Shown here piece after piece: positions 62,075 through 64,000 of a stretch of DNA of 64,000 nucleotides (positions are counted from its first letter, which is position 1; each line of letters opens with the position of its first letter). Where the stretch lies: positions 11,739 to 75,738 of the forward strand of contig CAYWIT010000011.1 in NCBI GenBank assembly GCA_964458415.1, read 5' to 3'. Both the position numbers and the translations under genes were made by a program. The stretch is from an uncultured Rhodospirillaceae bacterium (GTDB taxonomy: Bacteria > Pseudomonadota > Alphaproteobacteria > Micavibrionales > UBA2020). The notes below the pieces were generated by a model that saw nothing but the letters and a program-made list of their open reading frames with translations, did no database searches and was not told the DNA's origin.

Positions 62075-64000
62075 TGCGCCTCGGCCCAGTTGTCGCCCCA
62101 TCCGGCGTCAACCACTAGCGGCACACCCAAACCGGTTCCGGCCGCTTCCATGATTTCGCGCGCCAGCGCCTCTGTTTCCTCACACTCGGCCGCAGGCACC
62201 TCGAACAAAAGCTCGTCATGGACCTGTAACAACATCCGCGCGCCCAATTTCTTTTTAGCCAATGCGGGCGCCAGCGTATTCATGGCGCGTTTCATGATAT
62301 CCGCCGCCGTTCCCTGCAACGGCGCATTCACCGCCTGCCGCTCGGCAAAGTTGCGGATACCCGCATTCTTGTCATTAATGCCGCGCACAAAACATTTACG
62401 GCCATAGAACGTCTTGACATAGCCATGTTTGCGGGCAAATTCTTTTGCCGCCTCCATGAAACTTTTCAGCTCCGGGAAACGGGCCAGATATTGCTTGATA
62501 TACTCCGCCGCCGCGCCTTGCGGGATGCCCAGCTGTTTCGCCAGACCAAAGCCGCTAATGCCGTATATGATTCCAAAGTTGATCGCCTTGGCCTGTCTGC
62601 GAATTTCCGGCGTCATCTGCTCCATCGGCACACCGAAAACCTGACTGGCCGTCGCGGCATGAATATCCACCCCGTCATAAAATGCCTTTTTCAACGCCTT
62701 GATATCCGCAAGCTCGGCGACAAGTCGTAACTCGACCTGCGAATAATCGACGGAGAGCAGTTTATATCCCTTCTCCGGCACGAAAGCCGAACGGATTTTC
62801 TTGCCGTTTTCGCTCCGGATCGGAATATTCTGCAAGTTGGGGTCGGACGAAGACAATCGGCCCGTATTTGTTCCGGCCAAAGAAAATGAAGTATGCACGC
62901 GACCTGTTTGGGGATTGATCGCGGCCGGCAAAGCATCGGCATAGGTGCTCTTCAATTTGGAAAGCCCCCGCCAATCAAGAATCTTTTCAACAACCTCGTT
63001 GCCCTGTTCCGCCAGAATTTCCAGCACATCGGCGCTTGTGGACCAGGCCCCCGTCTTTGTTTTTTTGCCCCCGGGAAGCCCCAGCGACCCAAACAAAACA
63101 TCCCCCAATTGCTTGGGCGAGCCGATATTAAAGCTCTGTCCTGCCATTTCGTGGATGGATTTTTCCAGCGATACGATTTCTTTGGAAAAGTCATTCGACA
63201 AACGCCGCAGGATATCCGTATCCACGCGAATGCCGGTAAATTCCATTTCCGCGACAACCGGCACCAGCGGCCGGTCCAGCGTCTCATAGACCATCGTCAT
63301 TTTTTCAGCCGCCAGCCGCGGTTTCAGCGTATTATAAAGGCGTAACGTGATATCGGCGTCCTCGGCCGCATAATCCCGCGCTTTGTCGAGCGGGACCAGA
63401 TCAAACGTGACCTGCGCTTTTCCGCTGCCCGTCACATCGCCATAAGTGATGGTTTTATGATTTAAAAACAACTCTGCCAATTCATCCATGCCGTGACCGT
63501 GCTGGGATCCGTCAAGCACGTAGGACATCAGCATTGTATCATCAATGGGCGCCACACGGATATCATGATGCAGAAACATCTGCAGATCGTATTTAATATT
63601 ATGCCCGATTTTAAGGACGCTTTTGTCTTCCAACAAAGGCTTGAGCAACGCCATGGCGCGCGCCAGCGGAATCTGTTTCAAATCAACCGGCGCTTTATCG
63701 TCCTCTTTCTCCTTCATCGAGAAATCGAAACTCTCGGCATAGCCCCGCGCCTCGCGATGACCAACGGGGATATAACAGCCCTGTCCCTCTTCCACCGAAA
63801 GCGACACCCCAACCAGTGCCGCCATGGCCGGCGTCAAGCCGGTCGTTTCGGTATCGACGGCAACAAAACCTTTATCAAACGCCGTGTCAATCCAGCGCTT
63901 GAGCGCCGCCTCGTCCTGTACCAGTTCATAACCCTTAACGCCGGGTCTTTCTGCCGTTTCCGGCATCACAGGCTGATCGTTCGCCACGACGCCAAACTGT
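62071..64000 (-). CDS. polA: DNA polymerase I (3'-5' exo and polymerase domains; N-terminus beyond right edge)
   Basis: Motif A DYSQVELR, motif B RRQAKAINFGIIYG and motif C QVHDEL. The frame stays open upstream of the GTG that the track uses at 63987. Confidence 0.9.
   Translation of the reverse strand, partial: QFGVVANDQPVMPETAERPGVKGYELVQDEAALKRWIDTAFDKGFVAVDTETTGLTPAMAALVGVSLSVEEGQGCYIPVGHREARGYAESFDFSMKEKEDDKAPVDLKQIPLARAMALLKPLLEDKSVLKIGHNIKYDLQMFLHHDIRVAPIDDTMLMSYVLDGSQHGHGMDELAELFLNHKTITYGDVTGSGKAQVTFDLVPLDKARDYAAEDADITLRLYNTLKPRLAAEKMTMVYETLDRPLVPVVAEMEFTGIRVDTDILRRLSNDFSKEIVSLEKSIHEMAGQSFNIGSPKQLGDVLFGSLGLPGGKKTKTGAWSTSADVLEILAEQGNEVVEKILDWRGLSKLKSTYADALPAAINPQTGRVHTSFSLAGTNTGRLSSSDPNLQNIPIRSENGKKIRSAFVPEKGYKLLSVDYSQVELRLVAELADIKALKKAFYDGVDIHAATASQVFGVPMEQMTPEIRRQAKAINFGIIYGISGFGLAKQLGIPQGAAAEYIKQYLARFPELKSFMEAAKEFARKHGYVKTFYGRKCFVRGINDKNAGIRNFAERQAVNAPLQGTAADIMKRAMNTLAPALAKKKLGARMLLQVHDELLFEVPAAECEETEALAREIMEAAGTGLGVPLVVDAGWGDNWAEAH

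Noticed and set aside
62071-63987. Apparent polA start (GTG at 63987) giving a 638-aa protein without a 5' nuclease domain
   Set aside because: The frame remains open to the window edge (…QFGV upstream). The start is an artefact of truncation, and the gene most likely continues beyond 64000.

Overview
This looks like a chromosomal segment of an alphaproteobacterium. The taxon markers are an adjacent DivK-PleD response-regulator pair, an EipB/DUF1849 gene, phaB plus phasin, and TTAA-N7-TTAA boxes in promoters. I support about 56 protein genes. By eye I saw no rRNA, tRNA, CRISPR array, transposase or integrase.

Housekeeping genes are lysC (partial), purA, fadE, gltA, tsaB, sodB, aspS, rnd, ppx, sixA, yceD, bamE, gpt and polA (partial). 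They are interleaved with four envelope or accessory modules:

1. 2.3-7.3 kb: an archaic Csu/sigma-type chaperone-usher pilus locus with three SCPU subunits.
2. 23.3-30.2 kb: a second chaperone-usher-like locus built on two DUF4402 subunits. Its 1083-aa usher-like protein ends in a SPOR-like domain, and an AMIN-domain lipoprotein and an atypical PBP sit next to it.
3. 33.2-40.1 kb: an AT-richer block. Its operon encodes a 965-aa HExxH + acidic-linker + VWA/MIDAS protein, an 883-aa MoxR/CobS-class AAA+ ATPase and a tightly coupled 109-aa ORF. It is divergent from a Kir-like two-TM channel with a degenerate selectivity filter. This is my best candidate for an undescribed system.
4. 55.0-59.5 kb: a same-strand cluster of four exported proteins, including a His-rich protein and an outer-membrane protein with three beta-barrel modules.

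Six perfect CtrA-type boxes (TTAA-N7-TTAA) were found by manual skim. All six are intergenic. They sit in front of both pilus loci, divK, sodB, the AMIN lipoprotein gene and the AAA-VWA/channel pair.

All family calls come from reading motifs and architecture in the translations. No database search was run. Start codons are best guesses.
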